37,996 nt of DNA from a virus, in IMG/VR virus record IMGVR_UViG_3300015204_000001; one strand, written 5' to 3'. The position numbers were made by a program, and so were the translations under genes. Below the pieces are notes generated by a model that was not told the DNA's origin, searched no databases, and saw nothing but the letters and a program-made list of their open reading frames with translations. Shown piece after piece: positions 13,765 through 22,215 of this stretch (positions within the stretch are counted from its first letter, which is position 1; each line of letters begins with the position of its first letter).

Positions 13765-14544
13765 GTGTTTGAGCTTGAGGATATCGGAGAGGTCGACACG
13801 AACTCTCCGAAACGATTTGTCATCTACGGCCCGCCAGGTATCGGAAAAACGTCTTTCGCTGCGGAATTTCCCGCGCCTATTTTTATACAAACCGAGGATG
13901 GCCAGCCAGCCGGTGCGCGCTTCAAGACGTTTACCCCGTCGGGAAAAATACAGACATGGGAAGAGGTTTCGTCAGCACTTCGGTTGCTTGCGAAGAAGGA
14001 TCACGCCTTTGAGACTATCGTCATCGATAGTATCGACAAGCTCGAGCCGTTGATATGGGCGCACGTTTGCCAAAAAAACGGATGGGATAGTATAGAATCT
14101 CCCGGTTACGGTCGCGGCTATGTAGAAGCAGACGCGTTATGGTACAAACTGTTTGAATATCTAGACTATTTGCGCAACAGCAAGAACATGACTTGCGTGT
14201 TGATCGGTCACTCAGCCGTCGTCAGCTCGCCAAACCCATCAGGCCAAGACTTCCCGAAATGGGACATCAGGCTACACAAGCGCGCCCATGGCATTGTAGA
14301 GGATAGCGTGGACGCAATACTTTTGTTGCTGTACGATTTGAGCACGGGCGTAGATAAAAAATCATCCGACAAAAAAACCAAATCAGCGAATAGTAATATC
14401 CGCTGGATACACTGTAACGGCGGCCCCGCATTCAATGCAAAAAACCGCCTCGGTCTACCGAACAAAATTATATACAATGAAGGCCAAGCATATCTAGAGC
14501 TTAGCAAGCATATACACGGCGAAATCTTGGAAACATCGGAGTAA
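13765..14544 (+). CDS. AAA_24/Sak4-like RecA-fold ATPase (recombination module)
   Basis: Walker A is VIYGPPGIGKTS and Walker B-like is TIVIDSIDKLE. The overall pattern is typical of phage Sak4-like proteins. GTG start. Confidence 0.75.
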   Translation: MFELEDIGEVDTNSPKRFVIYGPPGIGKTSFAAEFPAPIFIQTEDGQPAGARFKTFTPSGKIQTWEEVSSALRLLAKKDHAFETIVIDSIDKLEPLIWAHVCQKNGWDSIESPGYGRGYVEADALWYKLFEYLDYLRNSKNMTCVLIGHSAVVSSPNPSGQDFPKWDIRLHKRAHGIVEDSVDAILLLLYDLSTGVDKKSSDKKTKSANSNIRWIHCNGGPAFNAKNRLGLPNKIIYNEGQAYLELSKHIHGEILETSE

Positions 14545-14552
14545 AGATCAAA

Positions 14553-15143
14553 ATGGCGACGCTTAAAACTTCATTAGGCCAGCAAGACAAGCACGATAAC
14601 TTCGTACCAGCTGGCGAATACCACGTTTGTATCTTGACCGCCGAAGTAAAAGAAACCAAAAATGGCGGAGAACGCGTTCTCGCTCGTTTTCAGGTGATGG
14701 ATGGAAATTATGGAGGGCGATCATTTTTCCTCGGTTTTAACACCGAAAACGACAATGCGGCAGCCGCTGAAATCGGCCGGTCGCAGCTTTACTCTATCGG
14801 CCTTGCCGTTGGGTGCGATTGCGTCGAAGACACGGACGAACTTGTTGGCAAGCCATTTATCTTAAAATTGCGCGTCAAGGAAGGCCAGCTCGGAAAAGAG
14901 AACGACTTCGCCGCCGCAATGAGCTTGCCAATTGTCGTCGGGAGAACTCCAGCGGTAGCAGCGCAACGCCGGTCTCCCGCGCCTAGCCAAGCTCAGGTGA
15001 ATACCCACGCTCAAATGAACATCCAGCGAGGCGATGCCGTCCCGAGGGAAGAGTACGCGCCACGCGCCGGGGCGCGTCCGGCGGGAATGGTCGCGCAGCG
15101 CGGAAGAGCAACGCCCTTCGACGCTGACGAAATACCTTACTAG
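14553..15143 (+). CDS. DUF669-like single-stranded DNA-binding protein
   Basis: The N-terminal OB-like pattern (PAGEYHVCILTAEVKETKNGGERVLARFQV) and acidic C-terminal tail FDADEIPY are typical of SSB partners. It sits next to the Sak4-like gene. Confidence 0.6.
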   Translation: MATLKTSLGQQDKHDNFVPAGEYHVCILTAEVKETKNGGERVLARFQVMDGNYGGRSFFLGFNTENDNAAAAEIGRSQLYSIGLAVGCDCVEDTDELVGKPFILKLRVKEGQLGKENDFAAAMSLPIVVGRTPAVAAQRRSPAPSQAQVNTHAQMNIQRGDAVPREEYAPRAGARPAGMVAQRGRATPFDADEIPY

Positions 15144-15199
15144 CGTCCGCTCATTTCCGATTTTTTCGAAAACAAACCTTTGTCGAGGATAGCATAGCC

Positions 15200-16834
15200 A
15201 TGCCTCCGATTGCCCTTAGGCCCTACCAGCGGGAAGCATGCGATATGTTTTATGACTATATCATGGGCGGGGGAAGCTCCGCCCTGATCGAAATGGCCAC
15301 GGGGCTCGGCAAATCTCTCGTTAACGCAAAAATATGCCAAGAAATCATCGAAAAACATCCATCTTCGCGAATACTTTGCGTGGTGCATAGTCAAGAGCTG
15401 GTATCTCAAAATTATCAAGAGCTTATAAAGCTTTGGCCATGGGCAGACGCCGGTGTAAACAGCGCCGGACTCAACAGAAGAGATTGGGGCCGAAAAATAA
15501 CCTTTGCGGGTGTACAGTCTATTCACAAACACGCTGCACTTTTGGGTCCAGTTGATCTTTGCATCATTGACGAATGCCACCTTTTAAGCCGTAAATCAGG
15601 CGGGATGTACCAAAAAGTGCTCGAGGAATTGCGTTCCGTTACTCCAAAAATGCGTCTTTTAGGCCTGACGGCCACGCCATACAGGCTCGATAGCGGGCGT
15701 TTGGACGAAGGGGAGGACGCGCTTTTTGAGAAAACGATCTACTCCTACGGCATCGTGGATGGCATCCGCGACGGATATCTATCTCCACTCATATCGAGGG
15801 CCATGGTGTCGGAAATCGATACCGCTGGCGTCAAAATGCAAAATGGTGACTTCGCCGCTGGCCAGCTTGAAGCAGCCGCGATGCGTGATGGGCGCGTCGA
15901 CGCCGCCGTGGATGAAATTATAGCCTACGGGCACGATCGCAAATCGTGGCTGATTTTTTGTTCTGGCATCGCTCATGCGGACGCGGTGCGGGACGCCCTT
16001 TTTTCACGAGGGATCGAGGCTGCCACCATTACCGGGAAGACGCCAAGGGAGATAAGAAAAAAACAGTTGCGAGATTTCAAGGCGGGCCGCTTTCGCGCCC
16101 TTGTGAATGTGAACGTTCTTACCACGGGTTTTAACGTTCCGGGCCTGGACTTGATCGCCCTTCTCAGGCCAACGAAATCCCCAGGGCTTGCCATCCAGCA
16201 AATCGGCCGGGGCACACGTCTCGCGGAAGGCAAAGAAAATTGCCTCATTCTCGATTTTGCGCAAATATTAAAAACACACGGCCCGGTGGATCAAATAGCA
16301 CCGCCGGACAGGCAAAATCAAAAAGGCAAGTCAAAGCCCGGCATGCCGGTACGGATATGCCCGGAATGCAATTTTGCTTGCGAGATTGCAGCCAAGTCTT
16401 GCCCGGAATGCGGTCATGAATTTCTTGTCCAAAAAAGAGAGTATTCCCATGACAAAAACGCAGATAAAGAGTCAGTTGTTCTGTCTACGCAAGCAAAATC
16501 AAAGTATCTTAAAGTAAAGAGTTGGAACATATCGATTCACAAAAAAGAAAACAAGCCGGATAGTCTTAAAATTACTTACAGAATAGGCCTTTTTCAATCG
16601 ATAAGCGAGTTTCTTTGCTTCGATCATAGCCGTTATGCTTATCACAAAGCCGCGAAACGGTGGGGGGAACTGAACGATGGTGACCAAAACGGATGGCACC
16701 CCCAATCCGTTATTGACGCGCATGACATGGCACTAACGGTCCTTAAAATGCCAGCCGAAATATTGGTTAGGCAAAACGGACGTTATTTCGAGGTCATCGG
16801 ATCGGAAGGAGGGGGGCATGGCGGCACAGCGTGA
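15200..16834 (+). CDS. superfamily 2 DNA helicase (DEAD/DEAH, Res-subunit type) with C-terminal zinc ribbon
   Basis: Motifs LRPYQ, ATGLGKS (motif I), IIDECH (motif II), LGLTATP (motif III), and CPECNF...CPECGH. Confidence 0.85.
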   Translation: MPPIALRPYQREACDMFYDYIMGGGSSALIEMATGLGKSLVNAKICQEIIEKHPSSRILCVVHSQELVSQNYQELIKLWPWADAGVNSAGLNRRDWGRKITFAGVQSIHKHAALLGPVDLCIIDECHLLSRKSGGMYQKVLEELRSVTPKMRLLGLTATPYRLDSGRLDEGEDALFEKTIYSYGIVDGIRDGYLSPLISRAMVSEIDTAGVKMQNGDFAAGQLEAAAMRDGRVDAAVDEIIAYGHDRKSWLIFCSGIAHADAVRDALFSRGIEAATITGKTPREIRKKQLRDFKAGRFRALVNVNVLTTGFNVPGLDLIALLRPTKSPGLAIQQIGRGTRLAEGKENCLILDFAQILKTHGPVDQIAPPDRQNQKGKSKPGMPVRICPECNFACEIAAKSCPECGHEFLVQKREYSHDKNADKESVVLSTQAKSKYLKVKSWNISIHKKENKPDSLKITYRIGLFQSISEFLCFDHSRYAYHKAAKRWGELNDGDQNGWHPQSVIDAHDMALTVLKMPAEILVRQNGRYFEVIGSEGGGHGGTA

Positions 16835-17177
16835 ACACGTGGAGCGTCTATCCACGTTCACCCCAGCGTTTTGCGCCACGTGCAGGCGGCGCGCGGGTCC
16901 AGACGGGTATTCACCGCGCAAAAAATGGCCCCTTTGGAGTTGTCAAAATCCAGAATGCAAATCTATACTCAAGAGGCTGCACACAATGCCCGTTTTAGAC
17001 TTCGACGACGCTGAGAAGAAGGCCCTCACCGCCTCTGCAAAGGCCATGTACTTGTTTATGGCCGAGAATAGCACGGAGGACATTTTCGAGCTTAGCAAGC
17101 CTCAGGCCCTTGAGCTGGCCAGCAGGATAATCGAGACTTTTGGCGCGTCGCTCCGAAAGGCGCTGGTAAAGCCGTAA
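16818..17177 (+). CDS. hypothetical protein (Cys-rich N-terminus)
   Basis: 119-aa ORF overlapping the helicase end by 17 nt. Carries CATC...CQNPEC. Confidence 0.45.
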   Translation: MAAQREHVERLSTFTPAFCATCRRRAGPDGYSPRKKWPLWSCQNPECKSILKRLHTMPVLDFDDAEKKALTASAKAMYLFMAENSTEDIFELSKPQALELASRIIETFGASLRKALVKP

Positions 17178-17194
17178 AATTATAGGGGTGCCTT

Positions 17195-19303
17195 ATGGGC
17201 CGGGTCACGAATTTGATTATCGAACGGCACAACGACCCGGAAACACAATGGAGGCAAATCAACAGGGCGAACGCGAAAAGGCTGGGTCATGCCGGGTTTA
17301 CCGTGTTTCCGGCGCGGTCCAGCGATGCGGGGCCGGACAAAATATTACGCGCGAAATCCCCCCTCGCGCGAAAAATGGGTTCGTGCACGCAAACAGATAT
17401 CGACGATTTGTGGCGGAAATTTCCCGATGCCGTCCCCGCGATCGAGCTCGGAAAGTGCGATTTTTTTGTCGTCGATCTTGACCGGCATGGCGGCCCGGAC
17501 GGCGTTGCGGAATGGAAGAAGCTGGCCAGTCGACGCGGTCAGGTTCCCGTCACTTTTTGCGAGACGCCAACGGGCGGTTTCCACCTTTATTTCAGGCAAC
17601 CCGATGGCCCATTGGGTAATCGCGAGGGCGCGCTGGCGGGACTTGGTATTAACGTTAGGGGCGTTGGAGGCTACGTCATCGCCCCAGGCTCCATCATGGC
17701 CGATGGGCGCTCATACGGCCCCTTAGACGCCTCGGAAATAGCCGCCGCCCCAGACGCCCCCCGGTGGTTACTCGATATGATTGGCGGGGGAAGGGCGGCC
17801 CCTGCTACTGTCGCGCCCCTCCCCCGTCCCGCCGGTTTGTCTGGCGATGCGCGATCTGTAGCGTGGGCCGACGCGGCATTCAACGGCGAAGTCGCTGCCG
17901 TTGCCCAAATGTCGAAAGGCGGGAGAAACAATCAGCTCAACACGTCGTCCTTTAGAATAGGGCAATTGATCGATGCCGGGGCCTTTACCGTTAGCGACGC
18001 CTTGGCGGCTTTATCTCAGGCGGCGCGCGATTGCGGCTTGTGGCGCGATGACGGTGCGTCTCAGTGCGTGACGACGATTAACAGCGGTCTTGCTTCGGGG
18101 CGCAGAAACCCACGGACGCCACCGGTATCGCTGACGTGCGGCTCGCCAGTGGCCGCTCCGACGGTTGCGCCTTCGGAGGATGCGGACCCCATTACGATCG
18201 GCGATATCGAGAATATCCTTGGTTTTCGATTTGACGGCGATCCGGCCGTTGCGCGGCGAACCGCCATTATCAAAAAAATTCTACCTCGAGAAGGGACCGG
18301 AATCCTTGGCGGGCAATCGAGGGCCGGAAAATCCTTCGTGGCCATCGACCTTGCCGTTGCCGTGGCGTCTGGCCAGCAATTTTTCGGGCGCGATGTCAGG
18401 ACGCTGGTCGGCGTCGCATATCTCGCCGGCGAGGGCGGGTACGGTATTCAAGACCGGATAGACGCGGCAAAACTTTCCAGGGGTTTAGGGGGCACTCTGC
18501 CGATCGCTTGGACGGCGGACGTGGGCAACTTGCTCGACCCGAAAAACGCCGCCACCAAATGCGCCCGGTTGGCACAAATCAGCAAATCCTTTGAGGTCAA
18601 ATTCGGCTTGCCCCTTGGCCTGATTATCATCGATACCGTCTCCGCGTCCTACGCGATGAAAAACGAAAATGACAATTCCGAAGTAGCCGCCGTGTGCCGC
18701 GCCATGGCTGATATGGGGGGCAGCTTGGATGCGTTTGTCCTGTCGGTCCACCATTACGGCAAAGACCCGTCCCAGGGATTGCGGGGCGGTAGCGGATGGC
18801 GGGGAAACGTCGATATGGTCTACGCCCTGATTGCCGAGCGAGACGAACAGGGCGTTTGCGTATCGAGGTCTCTTCACGTCGAGAAAAATCGCGAGGGTGA
18901 AGAGGGGCCTTTGGGGCGTTTTTCGCTTGCATGGTCGACACTGTCCACGGACGAAGACGGCGACCCCGTGGGGTCCATGTCGGTCATGCTGGAGCGGGTC
19001 CTTTCGAGGACCGGCCAGCCCGTGTCCATGCACGCGGAGGCCTTCGACGCGGCGGTTAGATTGTGCGGCACGGAATGCGCTTTCGAGCACGTCACGCCGG
19101 ACGGGGAGTTAATCCCGGTTGTCCTTGTCGAGTCCGTCAGGAGGCGCTTTTACGGCAATTACCCAGCGGGTCAGGGCGACCCAAAAAAGCGGCTGGATAC
19201 CCTCAAAAAAGAGTTCCAGGCTTGCCTGTCCGGCTACCTTTCCAAGGCGAAAACGTCCACTGGATTTACCCGCGACTCTCAGGAATATATCCCCCTAAAT
19301 TGA
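17195..19303 (+). CDS. bifunctional primase-polymerase / RepA-DnaB-like helicase
   Basis: N-terminal prim-pol pattern (FFVVDLDRH...GGFHLYF...GGYVIAPGS). C-terminal P-loop GGQSRAGKSFVAIDLA with IIIDTVS. Confidence 0.8.
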   Translation: MGRVTNLIIERHNDPETQWRQINRANAKRLGHAGFTVFPARSSDAGPDKILRAKSPLARKMGSCTQTDIDDLWRKFPDAVPAIELGKCDFFVVDLDRHGGPDGVAEWKKLASRRGQVPVTFCETPTGGFHLYFRQPDGPLGNREGALAGLGINVRGVGGYVIAPGSIMADGRSYGPLDASEIAAAPDAPRWLLDMIGGGRAAPATVAPLPRPAGLSGDARSVAWADAAFNGEVAAVAQMSKGGRNNQLNTSSFRIGQLIDAGAFTVSDALAALSQAARDCGLWRDDGASQCVTTINSGLASGRRNPRTPPVSLTCGSPVAAPTVAPSEDADPITIGDIENILGFRFDGDPAVARRTAIIKKILPREGTGILGGQSRAGKSFVAIDLAVAVASGQQFFGRDVRTLVGVAYLAGEGGYGIQDRIDAAKLSRGLGGTLPIAWTADVGNLLDPKNAATKCARLAQISKSFEVKFGLPLGLIIIDTVSASYAMKNENDNSEVAAVCRAMADMGGSLDAFVLSVHHYGKDPSQGLRGGSGWRGNVDMVYALIAERDEQGVCVSRSLHVEKNREGEEGPLGRFSLAWSTLSTDEDGDPVGSMSVMLERVLSRTGQPVSMHAEAFDAAVRLCGTECAFEHVTPDGELIPVVLVESVRRRFYGNYPAGQGDPKKRLDTLKKEFQACLSGYLSKAKTSTGFTRDSQEYIPLN

Positions 19304-19330
19304 GGTGCGGGGGGTGCGGTCGGGGTGCGG
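19304..19330. repeat. three tandem GGTGCGG units (9-11 bp period)
   Basis: GGTGCGG occurs at 19304-19310, 19313-19319 and 19324-19330, immediately after the primase stop. Confidence 0.6.
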
Positions 19331-19341
19331 CGTACTTATCA

Positions 19342-19436
19342 AAATTTTTTCCTTGACTTTACCAAACGATCAGGTATGCTAGAGCAACTTGAGATTGCAC
19401 TAGCTAACCTGATCGCTTTGTATAGATTTTTGGGAA
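19342..19436 (+). repeat. 95-bp module copy 1 (promoter plus palindrome)
   Basis: Identical over all 95 bp to 32925-33019. Confidence 0.95.
19353..19380 (+). promoter_or_regulatory. sigma70-like promoter inside module copy 1
   Basis: TTGACT-N16-TATGCT preceded by an A/T tract. A 16-bp-arm imperfect palindrome (19367-19382 / 19400-19415, 14 of 16) overlaps the -10. Confidence 0.5.
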
Positions 19437-19497
19437 ATTTGGTTGGATTTGTTAGTTGATTAGATGCAGAGTTAAAAAAAACAAAAAAGAAAGAAAG

Positions 19498-19965
19498 ATG
19501 CGAAAAAACCAAAAAAATACAAATGTAGTTTACTTGCATGACGCGACTGTTGGTATAGACAGAATAACAGCTAGGGCAAGGCTTGCTCTGAGCAAGATAA
19601 ACGCTGACCGCAAGGTGGTCGAAAGCAAAGAATTTGGCTTTGAGCTCAATGAGGTGTGTGTGCAGCTCGGTCAGGGCATAGACGCCCTTCAAGCGGAGCT
19701 GGATGCCCTTCGCAGCGCTATTCGGGATGGTATGATCTCTCAAAAAATGAGACGTATAGAGGGATACGAAAGCGCTGGATTTTTGCTCGCAAGGGGCACC
19801 GGAAAAGTGACTGTACTGGACGAAAAAGCCGTTCCGTCTCAATTTAAAAAGATGGTGGTCGACACGAAAAATGCATACCAAGAAATGTCATCTGGCCAGC
19901 AAATTGCAGGGCTGGCGTTTACGCCAGGCGAGCCAATGCTAAGGTTATCGAACAAAAAGAAGTGA
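19498..19965 (+). CDS. Gp157/Gam-like protein (possible host-nuclease inhibitor family)
   Basis: A coiled-coil centre is followed by a C-terminal pattern, G.GKVTVLDEKAVPSQFKK.....K.A......GQQIAGLAF.PGEPMLRL, that resembles Siphovirus Gp157/Mu Gam-like proteins. ATG 19498 follows AAGAAAGAAAG. Confidence 0.4.
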   Translation: MRKNQKNTNVVYLHDATVGIDRITARARLALSKINADRKVVESKEFGFELNEVCVQLGQGIDALQAELDALRSAIRDGMISQKMRRIEGYESAGFLLARGTGKVTVLDEKAVPSQFKKMVVDTKNAYQEMSSGQQIAGLAFTPGEPMLRLSNKKK

Positions 19966-19966
19966 G

Positions 19967-19985
19967 CGGCGTCTAGCTGACGCCG
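19967..19985. terminator. hairpin between convergent genes (weak terminator candidate)
   Basis: CGGCGTC-TAGCT-GACGCCG. On the minus strand a T-run follows only after about 8 nt. Confidence 0.3.
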
Positions 19986-20020
19986 GTATAATTGATCGGT
20001 TGCGCGGCAAAAACCGTCCT

Positions 20021-20233
20021 TTAGGCGCGGGAGGATGTCAACCATAACCTAATAGCAGCTGCGACCATCGAATGCTTGCTTGCGGAGCTATGCGGCGATC
20101 CCGTCTTTTCGCGGAGCCAGGCGCTCAATGCCGCCTTTGTTGAATTGGCGGCGATGACGCTTTCGCCGTCGTGGTCTAGGGCGTGACCGGCAAGCAGGCG
20201 ATCAATTCGTTTGACTGCTAGATGATTAACCAT
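20021..20233 (-). CDS. hypothetical protein
   Basis: The internal ATG at 20233 lies just after the stop of the upstream gene (20238). 70 aa. Confidence 0.4.
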   Translation of the reverse strand: MVNHLAVKRIDRLLAGHALDHDGESVIAANSTKAALSAWLREKTGSPHSSASKHSMVAAAIRLWLTSSRA

Positions 20234-20237
20234 GTTA

Positions 20238-20615
20238 TTAGATTCCTTTGGTCGTTGCGGTTGCCTTATCTTTGTAGTACGCCACAACCACCTGTTTAAT
20301 CGCCGTGTATACCTCGCGAACGGCGGTGATGCGCACGTCGTCGCGTTGCGTTCTTGCCGTCTCAAGCGCCGTGAATCCGGCGCTACGGGCCGCGTTCAAG
20401 GCCAATATGTTGGTCGCCATCCACATAGCCCACCTACCCGCGTGCGGATGCTCGGCAAGCTCATCGATGGTGTACACTTTGTCGATAGCGCGCAATGCCT
20501 CTTCGCACGCGTCGTACCTATGGGCGTCTTTCCAAAGCAAGATAAGCGCTTGGCATGGGGCGGGAGCGAAGGATATTCTCGATATCGCCGATCGTAATAG
20601 GGCGTGCTCGGTCAT
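20238..20615 (-). CDS. hypothetical protein
   Basis: 125-aa ORF in the minus-strand operon with no recognisable motif. Confidence 0.5.
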   Translation of the reverse strand: MTEHALLRSAISRISFAPAPCQALILLWKDAHRYDACEEALRAIDKVYTIDELAEHPHAGRWAMWMATNILALNAARSAGFTALETARTQRDDVRITAVREVYTAIKQVVVAYYKDKATATTKGI

Positions 20616-20657
20616 TGTGGTGTCCTTTGTGTTGTGGAGATAGGTTTAGCTAATCAA

Positions 20658-20696
20658 GCGCTCGAACTCACAACGATTTCTTGTGAGTTCGAGCGC
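20658..20696. repeat. 16-bp perfect inverted repeat with 7-nt loop
   Basis: GCGCTCGAACTCACAA-cgatttc-TTGTGAGTTCGAGCGC lies between two minus-strand genes. No flanking T-run. Confidence 0.85.
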
Positions 20697-20716
20697 GCGG
20701 ATGCGGATAGGCTTTG

Positions 20717-21070
20717 CTAGAGATTGATCGTTCCAGAGCATTTCCACCTGCCGAGTTCGTCACGCTCAACATCGTTATCGGGGTCCAGCGCGTACAATCT
20801 GCCGGTGTCCGGCTCAAGGCGGTGTCTCGCTGGTATTTGCGCAAGCACGCTCGCCTTTACTCCTGCGTGTCGCGCCATGGCGACGACATTTTCGGTCATA
20901 AAACTAGCCGCGCCTGATTGGTTGTTATACATTGGCTGGGATCGCCATTCCTTTTCAACGCCCCCCATGTACAGGTCTTTGAAATCGTGGTCGTGCATGC
21001 TCGCGGGCAGCTCGTTAATGCTATTGTACGCTGTGATAGCTCTTGTCTGGCCGTTAAAAACGTAAATCAT
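20717..21070 (-). CDS. hypothetical protein
   Basis: ATG 21070 lies 2 nt after the upstream stop (21073). 117 aa. Confidence 0.5.
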   Translation of the reverse strand: MIYVFNGQTRAITAYNSINELPASMHDHDFKDLYMGGVEKEWRSQPMYNNQSGAASFMTENVVAMARHAGVKASVLAQIPARHRLEPDTGRLYALDPDNDVERDELGRWKCSGTINL

Positions 21071-21072
21071 GG

Positions 21073-21345
21073 TCACTCTCCGTTTGCGTTGCTTTTTGCA
21101 GCACACAACGCTTTCCAGGCGATTTTGTAGGCCTTGTTCGCTTCCGCACGCGCGTCGGAAACAGCGTCCCATTCTGCATCGCTGACGCCGCGTTGTTCTG
21201 ACAGGCGATCCAGCGCCTCTTGAGTTTTCAGTTGTTCGTTGGCCGCGCGGGCTGCTTCAGCGGTTAGCCTGTCGATCAATCCTTTTCGAACAGCCGTATA
21301 AACCGGCTGCCACGTTTCTTTGTAAATCCGCTTTGACATGGTCAC
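21073..21345 (-). CDS. hypothetical protein (helical/coiled coil)
   Basis: 90-aa ORF whose start overlaps the upstream stop. Confidence 0.5.
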   Translation of the reverse strand: MTMSKRIYKETWQPVYTAVRKGLIDRLTAEAARAANEQLKTQEALDRLSEQRGVSDAEWDAVSDARAEANKAYKIAWKALCAAKSNANGE

Positions 21346-21635
21346 TCTCCGCCTTGCATTTGCCTTTTGGCATCCATCAGGCGCACCAAGACCTCGATCA
21401 TTTGATCGTGTCTAACCTCGGTGCCGTTCTTAAGGCTACGCCTAATCTCATTGTGTACGATGTTTATGCACACCGACACTTGGCCGTAAGCATCGGTGGG
21501 CGTGCGCGCGAAAATGTCGTCCTCGGCCGACTCCTCAGTGACGATAATCTTTGCCTTCACGGATTCGATGTCGGCTGAGATGCGGGCAGCGATTTCGGCG
21601 TTTTCCGCGAGTTCTTCGGTGGTGTATAGGGACAT
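21342..21635 (-). CDS. hypothetical acidic protein
   Basis: 97-aa ORF downstream of promoter C. Confidence 0.5.
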   Translation of the reverse strand: MSLYTTEELAENAEIAARISADIESVKAKIIVTEESAEDDIFARTPTDAYGQVSVCINIVHNEIRRSLKNGTEVRHDQMIEVLVRLMDAKRQMQGGE

Positions 21636-21679
21636 GGTTGTTTTCCTTGTGTGTGTTGCTGTTCTTCTCTTGTGTCTCT

Positions 21680-21708
21680 TATATAAAATAGATGCAGGGT
21701 CGTGTCAA
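21680..21708 (-). promoter_or_regulatory. sigma70-like promoter (TTGACA-N17-TATATA) for the 21635 gene
   Basis: Read on the minus strand. Motif site C lies 7 nt upstream of the -35. Confidence 0.6.
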
Positions 21709-21715
21709 TGTATTA

Positions 21716-21732
21716 TGTGCCGTTTTGGAACA
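21716..21732. promoter_or_regulatory. regulatory motif site C (TGTGCCGTTTTGGAACA)
   Basis: Identical 17-mer to site D. Confidence 0.6.
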
Positions 21733-21734
21733 AT

Positions 21735-22052
21735 TTACAGCGCACCACACTGGCTAGCGCGTATCGCCAGTTCGGAAAAATGACCGTTTTCGATCATGCC
21801 GACGCGAAAAACGAGTTCGTTCACAATTGACCATTGTGGGGTGAGCGGCGCGAAAGTGTTGCGGATTGCAATCAGTTTTTTCTTGGTTTCCGCGTTGTTT
21901 TTTGTCACGTAATTGCGAGCGTAAAGCCTTCCAATGATTGCTACTTTCAGCGCAACAGGGGAAATCCTTGTTTCAATCGCGGCTTGCGGGCTGACTGCGG
22001 CGGTGCGGACCGGGTTGATTGAGGCTTGGTATGCTGCGAATGAGTTGGTCAT
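21735..22052 (-). CDS. hypothetical protein
   Basis: 105-aa ORF, the first gene of the minus-strand operon. Confidence 0.5.
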   Translation of the reverse strand: MTNSFAAYQASINPVRTAAVSPQAAIETRISPVALKVAIIGRLYARNYVTKNNAETKKKLIAIRNTFAPLTPQWSIVNELVFRVGMIENGHFSELAIRASQCGAL

Positions 22053-22088
22053 TTTCTGTCTCCGTTTGCTGTGCTCTTCGATGACCTA

Positions 22089-22117
22089 TATCTACTTTTT
22101 TTGACCCCCTCTGTCAA
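22089..22117 (-). promoter_or_regulatory. sigma70-like promoter (TTGACA-N17-TAGATA) for the 22052 gene
   Basis: Read on the minus strand. Motif site D lies 7 nt upstream of the -35. Confidence 0.6.
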
Positions 22118-22124
22118 CATAAAT

Positions 22125-22141
22125 TGTGCCGTTTTGGAACA
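22125..22141. promoter_or_regulatory. regulatory motif site D (TGTGCCGTTTTGGAACA)
   Basis: Lies in the divergent promoter region between 22052(-) and 22216(+). Confidence 0.6.
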
Positions 22142-22161
22142 TTATTTTTGGAAAATCTTTG

Positions 22162-22190
22162 TTGACATTCGTATATACGGCATGTAGTGT
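22162..22190 (+). promoter_or_regulatory. sigma70-like promoter (TTGACA-N17-TAGTGT) for the rightward small-gene cluster
   Basis: Lies 20 nt downstream of motif site D. Confidence 0.5.
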
Positions 22191-22215
22191 GCCTTTACGG
22201 AACAGGAAAGAAACG

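Noticed and set aside
22125-22141. The 17-bp motif as a sigma54 (-24/-12) or ECF-type (GGAAC -35) promoter element
   Set aside because: In the reverse orientation GGCAC is followed by TTGAC after 8 nt, not by TTGC after 5 nt. Downstream of GGAAC there is no consistent CGTT-type -10 at 16-17 nt.
22126-22215. N-terminal extension of the 22126 ORF
   Set aside because: The extension would start inside motif site D and span the proposed promoter. The internal ATG 22216 with an RBS is more plausible.
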